NCBI RefSeq assembly: GCF_004765795.1 | Contig: NZ_SBIV01000012.1 | Location: 1-64,000 of the forward strand | Length of the DNA stretch: 64,000 nt | Direction of reading: 5' to 3' | Source of the DNA: Halorussus marinus | GTDB taxonomy: Archaea; Halobacteriota; Halobacteria; Halobacteriales; Haladaptataceae | Part shown: positions 34,556-44,257 of the stretch, piece after piece | Numbering within the stretch: the stretch's first letter is position 1 | Layout of the letters: each line of letters begins with the position of its first letter | Position numbers and translations under genes: made by a program | The notes under the pieces: model-generated | Databases searched by the model: none | Told to the model about the DNA's origin: nothing | The model's input: only the letters and a program-made list of their open reading frames with translations

Positions 34556-35014
34556 TCACTCCCGGCTCCACGACGCCAGCGCGTCCTCGATCGCCGCGTC
34601 GCGGGCCCGGAGGTGTTCGCGCTCGGCGGCACTCCGGACGTCGAGTTCGTGGAGGGTGTCCACCGCGACACGGTCGGCGGCGAGCCTCGCGGCCGCGGCC
34701 ACCTTCGCGTCGTCGAGCGCGACCGCCTCGCGGGCGCCGACCGCGTCCGGTCTCGTGAGCGTCCGGGCATCAGCCAGGGCCGCGACGCCCTCGCGGGTCC
34801 AGCAGTCGTGACAGCACCGGAACGCGAGCGTCCCCACGTAGTCGCCGAGGTCGGTCGGCGCGAGCCCGCCGTCGGTCGCCCCGCCCCAGACGAGTCCGAG
34901 CGAGTCGACCACGGCGTAGCGGTCGTCGTCGCTCCCGCAGGCGGCACACGCCGTCGGCTCGTCGGTGTAGGGCCACCCGTCGGGGACCGCCGCCGTCGGT
35001 TCCCGTCGCGACAT
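34556..35014 (-). CDS. Hypothetical zinc-binding protein
   Basis: CAAC and CHDC motifs; acidic composition. Confidence 0.6.
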   Translation of the reverse strand: MSRREPTAAVPDGWPYTDEPTACAACGSDDDRYAVVDSLGLVWGGATDGGLAPTDLGDYVGTLAFRCCHDCWTREGVAALADARTLTRPDAVGAREAVALDDAKVAAAARLAADRVAVDTLHELDVRSAAEREHLRARDAAIEDALASWSRE

Positions 35015-35053
35015 ACGCCCACGTTCCGGCAGAAGAGTTAAGAATCTAACCTT

Positions 35054-35803
35054 TCAGGCCTCGTCGAGCACCACCGGGACGCCGCGGCTCGCCACGTCGG
35101 CGGCGAACGCCCCAGAGTCGGTCTCGATCGACTCGAAGGTGTTGTAGTGGACCGGGACCACGAGGTCGGGGTCCAGCGCCGCCGCGAGTTCGGCGGCCTC
35201 GCGCCGGTCCATCGTGAGCGAGCCCCCGATCGGCGGGCAAAACAGCGAAACGTCGAGTTCCGCGTGACCGTCGAGCGGATCGGTATCGCCCGGGAAGAAG
35301 ACGGTCGCGTCCGCCAGCGTCACCAGAAAGCCCGCGCCGAACCCCTCGGGGTGGTACGGGTCGCCGCTCGCGTCCGTGCGAGGGCCGTCGGGCTCGTTGT
35401 ACGCCGGGACCGTCCTGACGATCGCGTCGCCGAACAGCCGGTCGGTCTCCTCGTCGACCCGGAGCGTCTCGTAGGGGAGATCGTCGAGGTCGACCACGTC
35501 CCGGTCGATCTTCGGCGGGTAGACCGCCTCGTAGGCGACGACGGTCGCGTCGGCGTCGGCCACGCGCTCGATGGCGTCCGAGTCGTAGTGGTGATCGTGC
35601 GTGACGAGGACGAGGTCCCCGTCCTCGGGGCGGTAATCGCGGGGGTCCGGGTGGGGCTTCTGGGCCGATTCGGGGCGGTACTCGCCGGTGAGGGTGCCGT
35701 ACCGGCCGGGGTCGATGTAGACGACGGTGTCGCCGGGCGATTCGAGCCGGAGCCCGGCGTAGCCGAGCCACTCGACGGTCAGGTCGCGGTGTCGGACGGT
35801 CAT
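35054..35803 (-). CDS. Metallo-beta-lactamase-fold hydrolase
   Basis: IDP, THDHH-YD, GDT, PVHY. Confidence 0.88.
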   Translation of the reverse strand: MTVRHRDLTVEWLGYAGLRLESPGDTVVYIDPGRYGTLTGEYRPESAQKPHPDPRDYRPEDGDLVLVTHDHHYDSDAIERVADADATVVAYEAVYPPKIDRDVVDLDDLPYETLRVDEETDRLFGDAIVRTVPAYNEPDGPRTDASGDPYHPEGFGAGFLVTLADATVFFPGDTDPLDGHAELDVSLFCPPIGGSLTMDRREAAELAAALDPDLVVPVHYNTFESIETDSGAFAADVASRGVPVVLDEA

Positions 35804-35877
35804 GGTCGGGCGTTCGGACAGTCCGTAGTAAACGGTTCGGATTGCTGTCGCGCTCGACGCGGCGCCGAGCGCGGCGA

Positions 35878-36216
35878 TCAGTGGGCGGGGCTGTACGTCT
35901 CCGAGAGGACGTTGAGCACGACGACGCCCCCGATTACGAGCGCGATCCCGACCAGACCCGCGAGATCGACCGTCTCGTCGAAAAAGAGAACCCCGACGAG
36001 CGCGGCCGCCACGATGCCGACGGCCGACCACGTCGCGTACACCAGCCCGATGGGTAGCTCCTGGAGGGTGAGACTGAGCAGGTAGAACGACCCGAGATAT
36101 CCGACGACGACGATCGCCGACGGAACGGCGTTCGTGAACCCGTCGGAGAACTTGAGCGCGGTCGTGCCGCCGACTTCGGCCGCGATCGCCGCGGCGAGGT
36201 ACGCGTACTCTCGCAT
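35878..36216 (-). CDS. SMR/EmrE-family small multidrug transporter
   Basis: AIAAEVGGTTALK, YATWSAVG; four TM helices. Confidence 0.92.
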   Translation of the reverse strand: MREYAYLAAAIAAEVGGTTALKFSDGFTNAVPSAIVVVGYLGSFYLLSLTLQELPIGLVYATWSAVGIVAAALVGVLFFDETVDLAGLVGIALVIGGVVVLNVLSETYSPAH

Positions 36217-36339
36217 CCTTGTCGCCGAGTAGCTCGTCGCATCCCATAAACTATTCGACATCTGCGCCGCGGGGCCACGAACGCGTCTCTCCGGCGGCCC
36301 GGACGGCGAACGACCCGGGGAGCGATACCTGTCGGTCGA

Positions 36340-38016
36340 TCACTGACGTTCCGCGAGTCGCTCGACCCGCGGAAGCGAGTCGGCGTCCGCGGGGTCTTTG
36401 TCGTCCCGAACGCCGAGAAATCGGGGGAACCGCAGGGCGTACCCAGACGAGTAGGTGGGCGAGCGCTGGATCTCCTCGTAGCCCACCTCGAACACCACCT
36501 CGGGGCGAACGTCGACCGTCTGGCCGTCCTGCGACTGGACGTGGGGCTCGAGCAGCGCCGTGAGGTCCCCGAGCTCCTCGTCGGTGATGCCGGTCGCGAC
36601 CTTCCCGATCGTCTCGAACCCGCCGTCGGCCCGGGCCGACAGCAGGAAGGTGCCGAGAAACTCCGCCCGGCGGCCCTCGCCCCACTCGGCGCCGGTGACG
36701 ACGAGGTCGAGCGTCTCGACGTCCGGCTTGCGCTTGCGCCAGTTGCGCCCGCGGCGGCCCGGCGTGTACGTCGACTCGGGGTTTTTGAGCATGATCCCCT
36801 CGTGGCCCGCTTCGAGCGCGTCGGCCTCGATCTCGGCGACTTCGTCGGGATCGTCGGTCGTCCAGAACGCCGACACGCCCGCGTCGAGGACGCCGTCGAG
36901 CCGATCGCGGCGCTCGGGCACGGGCGCGTCGAGCAGGTCCTCGCCGGCGGCGTGGAGGCAGTCGAACGCGAACAGATCGAGCGCGACCGACTCGCGGGCC
37001 CGAGCCACGTCGTGTTTCCGCCGGAACCGACGGAGCACCGCCTGAAACGGGAGGGGGTCGCCGTCGTCGTCGGTCGCGACCACTTCGCCGTCGAGGATGG
37101 CCGGCGCCGAGAGGTGCTCGCGGACGTGCTCGACCACCTCGGGGAGCGCGTCGGTCACGTCCTCCATGTTCCGCGAGAAGACCGCCACCTCGCCGTCGGC
37201 GTCGTCCCACCCGAGGCCGTCGGGATCGTAGTGGATCTGGACGCGCGCGCCGTCGTACTTCCACTCGACCGCGACCTCGCCCCAGTCGTCGAGCGCGTCG
37301 CCGACGGTCCCGGCCTGCGCGAGCATCGCCTGCACGGGTCGGCCGACTTCGAGTTCCAGTTCGTCGAGCCCCGCCGCGCCGGCCTCGCGAGAGACTCGGG
37401 CGACCTCGCCGTAGTCGTTCGACACCTGGAGGGCGCGCGCGACCGACTCGACGGGCACGTCGAAGGCGGCCCCGATCGCGTCCCGGACGGTCCCCTCGCC
37501 GACGCCGATCCGCATCTCCGAGAGCACGAGCCGTGCGAGATATCGGGCTTCCTCGGCGCTCGCGCGGTTGAACAGCCCGAACAGGAGGTCGATCTTCTTG
37601 TCCTGACTCCCCGATCCCGCGGCCGCCGCGAGGGCGTCGAGTTCGTCGGCGACCGACGCGACCGTCAGGTCCTCGGCCCCGCCCGAACCGAACGCGCCCA
37701 GCCCCTGCTGGCCGCCGAACTCGTAGCTCGCGGCGACCTCGCCGACGTCGCCGACCTCCGCGAGTCGGGCCTCGACGTCGTCGGCCGAGACGTTCCGCCC
37801 GGCGGCCCGCGCGATCGCCTCGTAGCAGTAGTTCGGCCCGATGTCGAGCGTCCGCGACGACCAGGCGGGGAACACCCGGCCCTGCACGAACCGCGCGACA
37901 ACGGGGAGATCCGAGCCGGCGGTCTCGAACAGGGCCGTGACCCGCTCGGTGATCTCGGTGTCGGCGCTGAGCGACTCGATCTCGGCGGCGGCGTCGGCGA
38001 ACTCCCCGAACTTCAT
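36340..38016 (-). CDS. ligA: ATP-dependent DNA ligase
   Basis: EWKYDGARVQ, LDGE, EGIMLK, LRFPRF. Confidence 0.96.
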   Translation of the reverse strand: MKFGEFADAAAEIESLSADTEITERVTALFETAGSDLPVVARFVQGRVFPAWSSRTLDIGPNYCYEAIARAAGRNVSADDVEARLAEVGDVGEVAASYEFGGQQGLGAFGSGGAEDLTVASVADELDALAAAAGSGSQDKKIDLLFGLFNRASAEEARYLARLVLSEMRIGVGEGTVRDAIGAAFDVPVESVARALQVSNDYGEVARVSREAGAAGLDELELEVGRPVQAMLAQAGTVGDALDDWGEVAVEWKYDGARVQIHYDPDGLGWDDADGEVAVFSRNMEDVTDALPEVVEHVREHLSAPAILDGEVVATDDDGDPLPFQAVLRRFRRKHDVARARESVALDLFAFDCLHAAGEDLLDAPVPERRDRLDGVLDAGVSAFWTTDDPDEVAEIEADALEAGHEGIMLKNPESTYTPGRRGRNWRKRKPDVETLDLVVTGAEWGEGRRAEFLGTFLLSARADGGFETIGKVATGITDEELGDLTALLEPHVQSQDGQTVDVRPEVVFEVGYEEIQRSPTYSSGYALRFPRFLGVRDDKDPADADSLPRVERLAERQ

Positions 38017-38127
38017 CGACCGGGCGTAGTCGGCAGTCGCAGTTAAGCGGTCCGACTCCGCCCGATCGGGACGAAATCCGACGTCGTCGACAAGACTTAT
38101 GCGGGCGACGTGTGCCAGTGACGACCG

Positions 38128-39009
38128 ATGGTCTCCGCCGACGCCCCCGCGACCGACACGCCGTTCGCCGAGCGGTTCGAGGCCGCGTGGGAGGTCGCGA
38201 CCGACGCCCTCCCGCTCGCGGTCGTCCCGCTGATGTCGAGCCTGACGAGCCCGGACGACGTCGAGCGAGCGCTCTCCTCGACCGGCTGGCACGGGGGAAT
38301 CGCGTTCGGACTCCCGGCGTCGCCGCCGGATCTCTGGTCGTTCGTGAGCCTGCCGAGCCGAGGGCCGGGTCTCCACGTCTCGCCGACCCTCTCTTTGCTC
38401 CCCGTGGTCGTCGCGGTTCAGGCCGCGCTCGTCGCCGGCCTCCTGGGGAGCGTCCACCAGTTGCTCTCTACGGGGACGTACGACTTCGTCCGGAACGTCA
38501 AGCGGTACTTCGTCCGCGTCCTTGGCTACCAACTGCTGGTGTTCGGGGTCGCGCTCGCGGGGGTCGCGATCGGGGCGGTCGCGGGTCCGCTGTTGGTGCT
38601 CGCGATTCCGGGCTACTTCGTCTTGGCGTACCTGTTTTACGCCGCCCCGTACCTGCTGGTCGTCGAGGATCTCGGTGTCGGGGCCGCGCTCGCCCGGAGT
38701 TACGAGTGGGCGACCGCGGCCGGCCCCTACCTCTCGTACGCCGTGGGATACGCGGTGTTCACCGCGATCGTATCGGTGTTCGTCACCGTCGTCGCGGTGA
38801 ACTTCGGCCCGGTCGGTATCCTCGTCGGCGCCGTCGCCACCGCTCCGCTCGCGCTCGCGCTGACGGTCGCCACGACCGAGTTCGTCGCCGACATGGCGGC
38901 CGCCGAGCGCGAGGAGAGCGGTCCGGGCGACGCCGAGCGACGCCGCGAGAGCGGGTGGACGGACGATCGAGACGATCCGAACGACGGCCCGGACGGCTCG
39001 CCGCGATAG
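38128..39009 (+). CDS. Multi-pass membrane protein, unknown function
   Basis: Several hydrophobic helices; acidic tail. Confidence 0.75.
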   Translation: MVSADAPATDTPFAERFEAAWEVATDALPLAVVPLMSSLTSPDDVERALSSTGWHGGIAFGLPASPPDLWSFVSLPSRGPGLHVSPTLSLLPVVVAVQAALVAGLLGSVHQLLSTGTYDFVRNVKRYFVRVLGYQLLVFGVALAGVAIGAVAGPLLVLAIPGYFVLAYLFYAAPYLLVVEDLGVGAALARSYEWATAAGPYLSYAVGYAVFTAIVSVFVTVVAVNFGPVGILVGAVATAPLALALTVATTEFVADMAAAEREESGPGDAERRRESGWTDDRDDPNDGPDGSPR

Positions 39010-39041
39010 CGTACCGACGAGTCCGCGACGAGAGCGCCGAA

Positions 39042-39470
39042 CTATCGGTCGTTGCGCGACGCGATGAAGTGCTGGAGTCGCGCGAACTCCCCGAGGGTCA
39101 TCGGCGCGCGGCCCTCGATCTTCTGTTGGATCTGCTTTGCGTCCATCCCGTCCATCTCGACCGCGATCGTGTCGACGTCAAGGACCGCGGTGGTCATCCC
39201 CATCAGGAGGTGGTCGCGAGTTTCGAGCAGGATGGCGTCCGCGGGCGGGGTGTCCTCGGCGACCCCGAGCACAGCGGCGGCCGTCTCCAACTCGACCGTC
39301 GGCTCCTCGCCTGCGGCGATCGCGTCGATCGTCTCGCGGGCCACGTCGCTCCGGTCGGCCACGGTCGGCGCGCCGACCTCGGCGATGACCGTCGCGAGCT
39401 CCGAGAGGTACGCCGCCCGAAGCTCGGCCGGGGTCGTCGACTCGGGGTCCTCGATGTCGTCGTACAGCAT
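39042..39470 (-). CDS. DUF5791-like HTH protein
   Basis: RDHLLMGMTTAVLDVD...QQKIEGRAPMTL. Confidence 0.78.
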   Translation of the reverse strand: MLYDDIEDPESTTPAELRAAYLSELATVIAEVGAPTVADRSDVARETIDAIAAGEEPTVELETAAAVLGVAEDTPPADAILLETRDHLLMGMTTAVLDVDTIAVEMDGMDAKQIQQKIEGRAPMTLGEFARLQHFIASRNDR

Positions 39471-39507
39471 ACCCGAACACAGGGGGCCGGCGTTGAAAGG
39501 GTTTCAC

Positions 39508-42500
39508 TTAGCCGCCGCGGGCCGGCCGGGGGATACTCCACCCCGGCGAGCGCTCGTCGGCGTTCCCGTCGGTGTCGCCGACCCCCGGCGCTCCCGGCGG
39601 AACGACGACCACGACGACCGTCTCGGTCTCGAACGAAACCCGCGTCGTCCGGCCGAGTCGCTCGACGGCGCCGTCGGCGTCGACGTCGAACTCGACTGTC
39701 TGGTTCCGTCGAGTGTAGGTCACCGCCCCGTCCGGATCGCCCGCCCCGGCGGCCGCAGTCGGCGCCCGAACCGCGAACCGCTCGTACGCCCCCCGGACGG
39801 AGACGTCCCAGACGTTGAGCGTCGCGTACCAGTAGCCGGGCACGGGCGCGACCGGCAGCCCCGCGGGGACCGACGACAGCACTGCTCCGAACCACCGCTC
39901 TCTGGCCCGGTCGGCCGCCCGCTCGCCCGCGTCGGCGAGCGCGTCTCTCGCGAGATCGCGCGCGACCGAGCGGGTCCGGTTCACCGTCGACCGTGACGGT
40001 CCGTCGACCGCCGACCGGGCGTCTTCGAGCGCCAACTCGACGGTCACCGACGTCCAGTCGCGTCGCTCGGTCCCCCGGAGCGACGGGGTCGCCGCGAGCA
40101 GTTCCGCGACGACGCCATCGGCGGCCGAACCGTTCGCCGCCGCGAGCGCGCGCCCCGCGGTCGTGTCCCACCGATCGAACCCGGCCCGGACCGCACGGCG
40201 GCGCTCGGCGGCCGTGAGTTCGAGTCCCGCGGTCGCCAACTCGGCGACGAGTCGCGCGCGGAGCGCTCGAAGCGACCTCGACACCTCCGCCCGGAGCCGG
40301 TCGCGGCGGGCGTCGAGCGTCTCATTTCCGACGGCGTCGAGCGTCCGGTTTGCCGCACGGAGCGCGAGACCCGCCGTCCGGAGGTCGGTCGCCGATCGGT
40401 CGGTCGCGCCGTCGAGGGCCGAAGCGACGGCGTCGGCGGCGTCGCCGTACGGCACCGAGAACACGTTCAGGTTCCGGGCCGCGAGCGGGTGGCGCGTCTC
40501 GCCTTCGGGTATCGCGGCGACCTGCTCGCGGTCGAGTTCGGCGAGCGTGAGGTACGGCGGCGCGCCGGCGACGGTCAGGTTCGCGGGCGCGCCCGGCCCG
40601 GCGGCCGCCATCGGCTCCGCGGGCGGGGTCGCGGGGCGGCCGCGATCCGCGAGAATCCGCCGCGCACGGTCGAGGTCCACACCCGCGTCGGCGAGCGCAC
40701 CGTCGAGGCCCGCTCGGGTCTCGCGCGTCCGATTCGCCCGCGCGTCGAGGCGCGCGACCGTCCGGTCGAGGTATGCCGCCCGCGCCGCGACGCGCGCACG
40801 GTCGGCCACACCGTCGTAGCGTTCGGGCACATCGAGCAGGGCCGCGCGGCGCGACCGGAGTTCCCCGGCGAGCGCGGCGGCCGGCGGCCGCCCGTCGGCG
40901 ACCGTCGCCGTGCGCGCTACCGCGACCGAGACGTTCCGGACGCGCTCGCGGAGCCCGGCGAGGTCCCGATAGATCCACGGCCGGAGTTCGGACGGCCGAC
41001 GCCCGGCGACGGACGCAGACCGAGCGTCGATCCCCCCCTCGACCGCCCGGCGGGCCGCCGCGTCGAACCCGCCGCGGTCCCGAATCAGGCGCTCGGTCGC
41101 CGTCTCGGCGACCCCCCGGAGTTTCGGCCCGTCGAGGGCGCCGCCTCGCTCGTGGACGTGTCGGATCGGGCGATCCGGGCCGACCGAGCCCCGGTGGTTG
41201 CCCGCGAGGCCCACTCCGACCGCAGAGACGTCGGCCCACCGCTGGACGGTCGTCCGCGAGTCGTTGCCCCGAGTCCACTCGCCGACGAGCGCGTGGGCTC
41301 GGACGACCCGCCGGGTCTCGTGGGCCAGCAGGTGCCAGCCGCCCGGCGAAGCCGGACGCGGGCCGTCGGCGCGCTCGACCCGGGTCGTGGTCTCGACCCG
41401 GCGCTCGCGGAGCGTCCAGTTCCCGCCGGGCGAGTCGAGCGAGGGCCGACGCCCGTCGCGGACCGTCCGAGTCGCGGTCACGACTCGCACGTTCGGGGCG
41501 TACGCCGACCGCAGGGTCGCGTCGAACCCCTCGTCGGTCTCGTCGCCGACGAACGACGCGAACGCACGGTCTGCGGTCCGATTGACAGCGACGGTCCGCG
41601 ACGGCGGCCGCTCGGGGGCGTCCGTCGCGGGGCCGCCGGGAAGCGGGGTCGCCGAGCGGTAGCGGTCGAATCCGGCCGTCAGGAGTTCCGTCGCTCTGGA
41701 GCCGCGCTGATTGTGGGCGCCCGCGAGCAGGTCGGTCAGGCCGGTTCGGGCGGTCGCCATCGCGAGCGCTCCGCGAGCCGCGGGGTCCGACCGACCGAAC
41801 GCGGCCCGCTGTTCGCGGACGAGCGCGCCGTTCGCCGCGAGTTCGAGGTGGCGGTTCGCCACGACGTTCTCGATCGGCGCCCCGCCCCGCTGGGCGTACC
41901 CCCGTGCCCACGCGACGGCGTAGAGACGTGCGGTCAACCGACGCCCCAGCCCCGGCGCGAGCGGCCCGCGTTCGAGTCGACTCTCGAAGCGTTCGACCCG
42001 TTCGTGGAGCGCCAGCGCGGGCGTCGCGACGACCAGCGTCGGCGAGACCGCGGCGCGTTCGACAGCACGCCCGTCCCGACTCGCGACGACAGTGACGTTC
42101 CGGATTCGAACCCGGAGCCCCGCACTCTCGGAGTCGCCGGCGGCCGCGATCTCGACTCGACGCTTGGCGTCCCCGAGCGCGCTCGCGTTCCCGACCGCCG
42201 GGAGCGACGCGGTTCCGCGCACGCCGTTCGCGCGAACGGCGACGTCGTCGAGAGCGGCCCGCGCCGCGAGATAGATTCGAACCCGGAGGTAGTCGCGGTA
42301 CGGCGCGGAGTCGTTCAGGACGCGGCCCGCCGGCGTTTCGGCGGGCGCGACGACCGGGTCTCGGGCGGCCGCCCGTCCGGCGCGGGCGACCGCCCCGCGG
42401 AGCGCGGTGGAGCTCGCGGCCGTCGTTCGTTCGACGGCGATCCCGACCGAACGGTCGACCTCGGGGGCGGGGCCGCCGGCGAGCGTCGCGCTGAGGCCCG

Positions 42501-42582
42501 CGCTCCCGACGAGCAGGACGACCCCGACCAGAGCGAACGGGACCCGGCCGCGGCGGTCGTCGGCCAGCCTCACCGCGACCAC
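39508..42582 (-). CDS. Large (~1020 aa) pilin-like surface protein
   Basis: RRG/RVPFALVGVVLL class III-like N-terminus; last gene of the ATPase operon; exact start uncertain. Confidence 0.7.
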   Translation of the reverse strand: MVAVRLADDRRGRVPFALVGVVLLVGSAGLSATLAGGPAPEVDRSVGIAVERTTAASSTALRGAVARAGRAAARDPVVAPAETPAGRVLNDSAPYRDYLRVRIYLAARAALDDVAVRANGVRGTASLPAVGNASALGDAKRRVEIAAAGDSESAGLRVRIRNVTVVASRDGRAVERAAVSPTLVVATPALALHERVERFESRLERGPLAPGLGRRLTARLYAVAWARGYAQRGGAPIENVVANRHLELAANGALVREQRAAFGRSDPAARGALAMATARTGLTDLLAGAHNQRGSRATELLTAGFDRYRSATPLPGGPATDAPERPPSRTVAVNRTADRAFASFVGDETDEGFDATLRSAYAPNVRVVTATRTVRDGRRPSLDSPGGNWTLRERRVETTTRVERADGPRPASPGGWHLLAHETRRVVRAHALVGEWTRGNDSRTTVQRWADVSAVGVGLAGNHRGSVGPDRPIRHVHERGGALDGPKLRGVAETATERLIRDRGGFDAAARRAVEGGIDARSASVAGRRPSELRPWIYRDLAGLRERVRNVSVAVARTATVADGRPPAAALAGELRSRRAALLDVPERYDGVADRARVAARAAYLDRTVARLDARANRTRETRAGLDGALADAGVDLDRARRILADRGRPATPPAEPMAAAGPGAPANLTVAGAPPYLTLAELDREQVAAIPEGETRHPLAARNLNVFSVPYGDAADAVASALDGATDRSATDLRTAGLALRAANRTLDAVGNETLDARRDRLRAEVSRSLRALRARLVAELATAGLELTAAERRRAVRAGFDRWDTTAGRALAAANGSAADGVVAELLAATPSLRGTERRDWTSVTVELALEDARSAVDGPSRSTVNRTRSVARDLARDALADAGERAADRARERWFGAVLSSVPAGLPVAPVPGYWYATLNVWDVSVRGAYERFAVRAPTAAAGAGDPDGAVTYTRRNQTVEFDVDADGAVERLGRTTRVSFETETVVVVVVPPGAPGVGDTDGNADERSPGWSIPRPARGG

Positions 42583-43397
42583 GTCCGAACCGTGATCCGG
42601 ACCCGGCCGACGGCGGTTTCGCGGGCCGCGTCGGTCGCCCCGTCGAAGCGCTCGCGGAGGGTCGGTTCGAGCAGTGTCGCGAGCGCGTCGGTCACGATCC
42701 GGGTGGCCCGCGTCGCGTTCCCGTCGGTGAGCGCCTCCTCGACCGCCGACCGAGCGCCGACCGCGTCGGCCGACGTCCGATATCGCTCGACAGCACGGGC
42801 GGCCCGGTCCGGGCGGGCACCCAGCGCGGTCCGAGTTTCGATCGGCGGAAACAGCCCGCGGACGACGCCGCCCGCGATCGCTCGGGCGACGCGCTCGAAC
42901 CCGCCGCCGCGGCCCGCCGCTCGGGCGCTCGATCGAACGCTCGGGAGGCCGCTCGACACCGAGAACGCGGCCGCGTGGACGTCGACGCCGGGCGGCGGGG
43001 TCGGTCCCGCCGCGACTCGCCCGCGGAGACTCGCGCTCGGGAACGGCTCCCAGCGCGCGATCACCTGCACGCGGTGGTACTCGACACGCCCCAGCGACCG
43101 TTCGACGCGCTCCGTGACGGCCCGCGCGAGTCCCGTATCCGCGAGGAGTCGCGACTCGCCGAGCGTTGCGTTTCGCACGGCCGTCGCGGCGAGCAGGCCC
43201 GCCAGCGTACCGTGGGCTGTCCGGGAGCCGTCGTCGTAGGACACGCGCGCGGTGCTCGACGCGAGCGTCTCGGCGGCCTCGTCGGCGCGGTCCGGGTCGG
43301 ACTCGTCGGCCGGAATCCCGACGAGCGCGAGCGCGCTCGCGCTCACGAGCAGGAGACAGACCGACGCGTCGAGGACGGTGCTGATCCCGCGAGTCAC
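42570..43397 (-). CDS. Pilin-like protein
   Basis: GTG start overlapping the upstream stop; RG/ISTVLDASVCLLLVSA N-terminus. Confidence 0.7.
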   Translation of the reverse strand: MTRGISTVLDASVCLLLVSASALALVGIPADESDPDRADEAAETLASSTARVSYDDGSRTAHGTLAGLLAATAVRNATLGESRLLADTGLARAVTERVERSLGRVEYHRVQVIARWEPFPSASLRGRVAAGPTPPPGVDVHAAAFSVSSGLPSVRSSARAAGRGGGFERVARAIAGGVVRGLFPPIETRTALGARPDRAARAVERYRTSADAVGARSAVEEALTDGNATRATRIVTDALATLLEPTLRERFDGATDAARETAVGRVRITVRTWSR

Positions 43398-43780
43398 CGC
43401 CACACCTCCGCGCGGAGCCGACCGGGACGGACCCGGCCCGAGCCGATCCGGACGCTCACGGTTGCGGCGCCCGCGTCGGCGCTCGGCGGCGGCGTCGGGC
43501 CGGCGGACCACGTTTCGCCGGCCGCCCGGAGCGTGAGGTTCAGCCCGTAGCCGTCGGGGCCGGCGCGCAGTCCGTCCGCGATCCGGTCGGGGTCGACGAC
43601 ACCGGCGTCGGCGATTCGACGCTCGACGCGGTCGACGGTGGGCGAAGCGACGTTCCGATCGGGGGTCGGGACCGCGCCGTCGAGCACGCCCGCGTACGTA
43701 GAGAGCGCGGCGCAAACCGCGAACACCGCCACCAGCGCCGCCAGCGGCTCGACCTGCCCTCTATCCGACCAGCGTGACAT
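43394..43780 (-). CDS. Pilin-like protein with class III signal peptide
   Basis: DRG/QVEPLAALVAVFAV. Confidence 0.75.
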   Translation of the reverse strand: MSRWSDRGQVEPLAALVAVFAVCAALSTYAGVLDGAVPTPDRNVASPTVDRVERRIADAGVVDPDRIADGLRAGPDGYGLNLTLRAAGETWSAGPTPPPSADAGAATVSVRIGSGRVRPGRLRAEVWR

Positions 43781-44225
43781 CGACGCCCTCCCAGGAGACC
43801 GCCCGGACGGTCAGTTCGTCGACCGATCGCCACTCCGGCGTTCGGTCGCGCGCGGCCGCGACGGCCCGTCGAAACGCGGTCGGCGACCCGAACGCGGCGT
43901 CCGGCGGCGTCCCGCGGAGCACGTCCCAGAGCGCGGTGTCTCGGGGGACCGGCGCCACCGGGCCGTAGGCGAACGACGCGTGACCGGTCGCGGCGTCGTC
44001 CCGGAGCCACACCCGGTAGGGGCCGACCTTCACCCGTTCGGCCGCGATCGGGTGGCCCGCGGTCGTCGCGTGGTCGGCCGCGGCGACCGTATCGACCGTG
44101 TCGGCGACCCCCGCGGCGTCCGGCGGTGGGGCGCGCGGCAGCGACGTCGCCAGACCGACCGCGACTGTGCTCGCGAGCGCCACGCCGATCCAGACGTACC
44201 ACGCGTCGGCAGGGGCATCGAACAT
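43761..44225 (-). CDS. N-terminally anchored accessory protein of the pilus-like operon
   Basis: MFDAPADAWYVWIGVALAS TM segment; overlap-coupled. Confidence 0.72.
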   Translation of the reverse strand: MFDAPADAWYVWIGVALASTVAVGLATSLPRAPPPDAAGVADTVDTVAAADHATTAGHPIAAERVKVGPYRVWLRDDAATGHASFAYGPVAPVPRDTALWDVLRGTPPDAAFGSPTAFRRAVAAARDRTPEWRSVDELTVRAVSWEGVDVTLVG

Positions 44226-44257
44226 GGCCCGGGTTGGTCGCGGGATCGGACTTAAAG

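Noticed and set aside
40489..43239. 916-aa plus-strand ORF
   Set aside because: Antisense to the coupled pilin-like genes; low-complexity Arg/Gly/Pro product.
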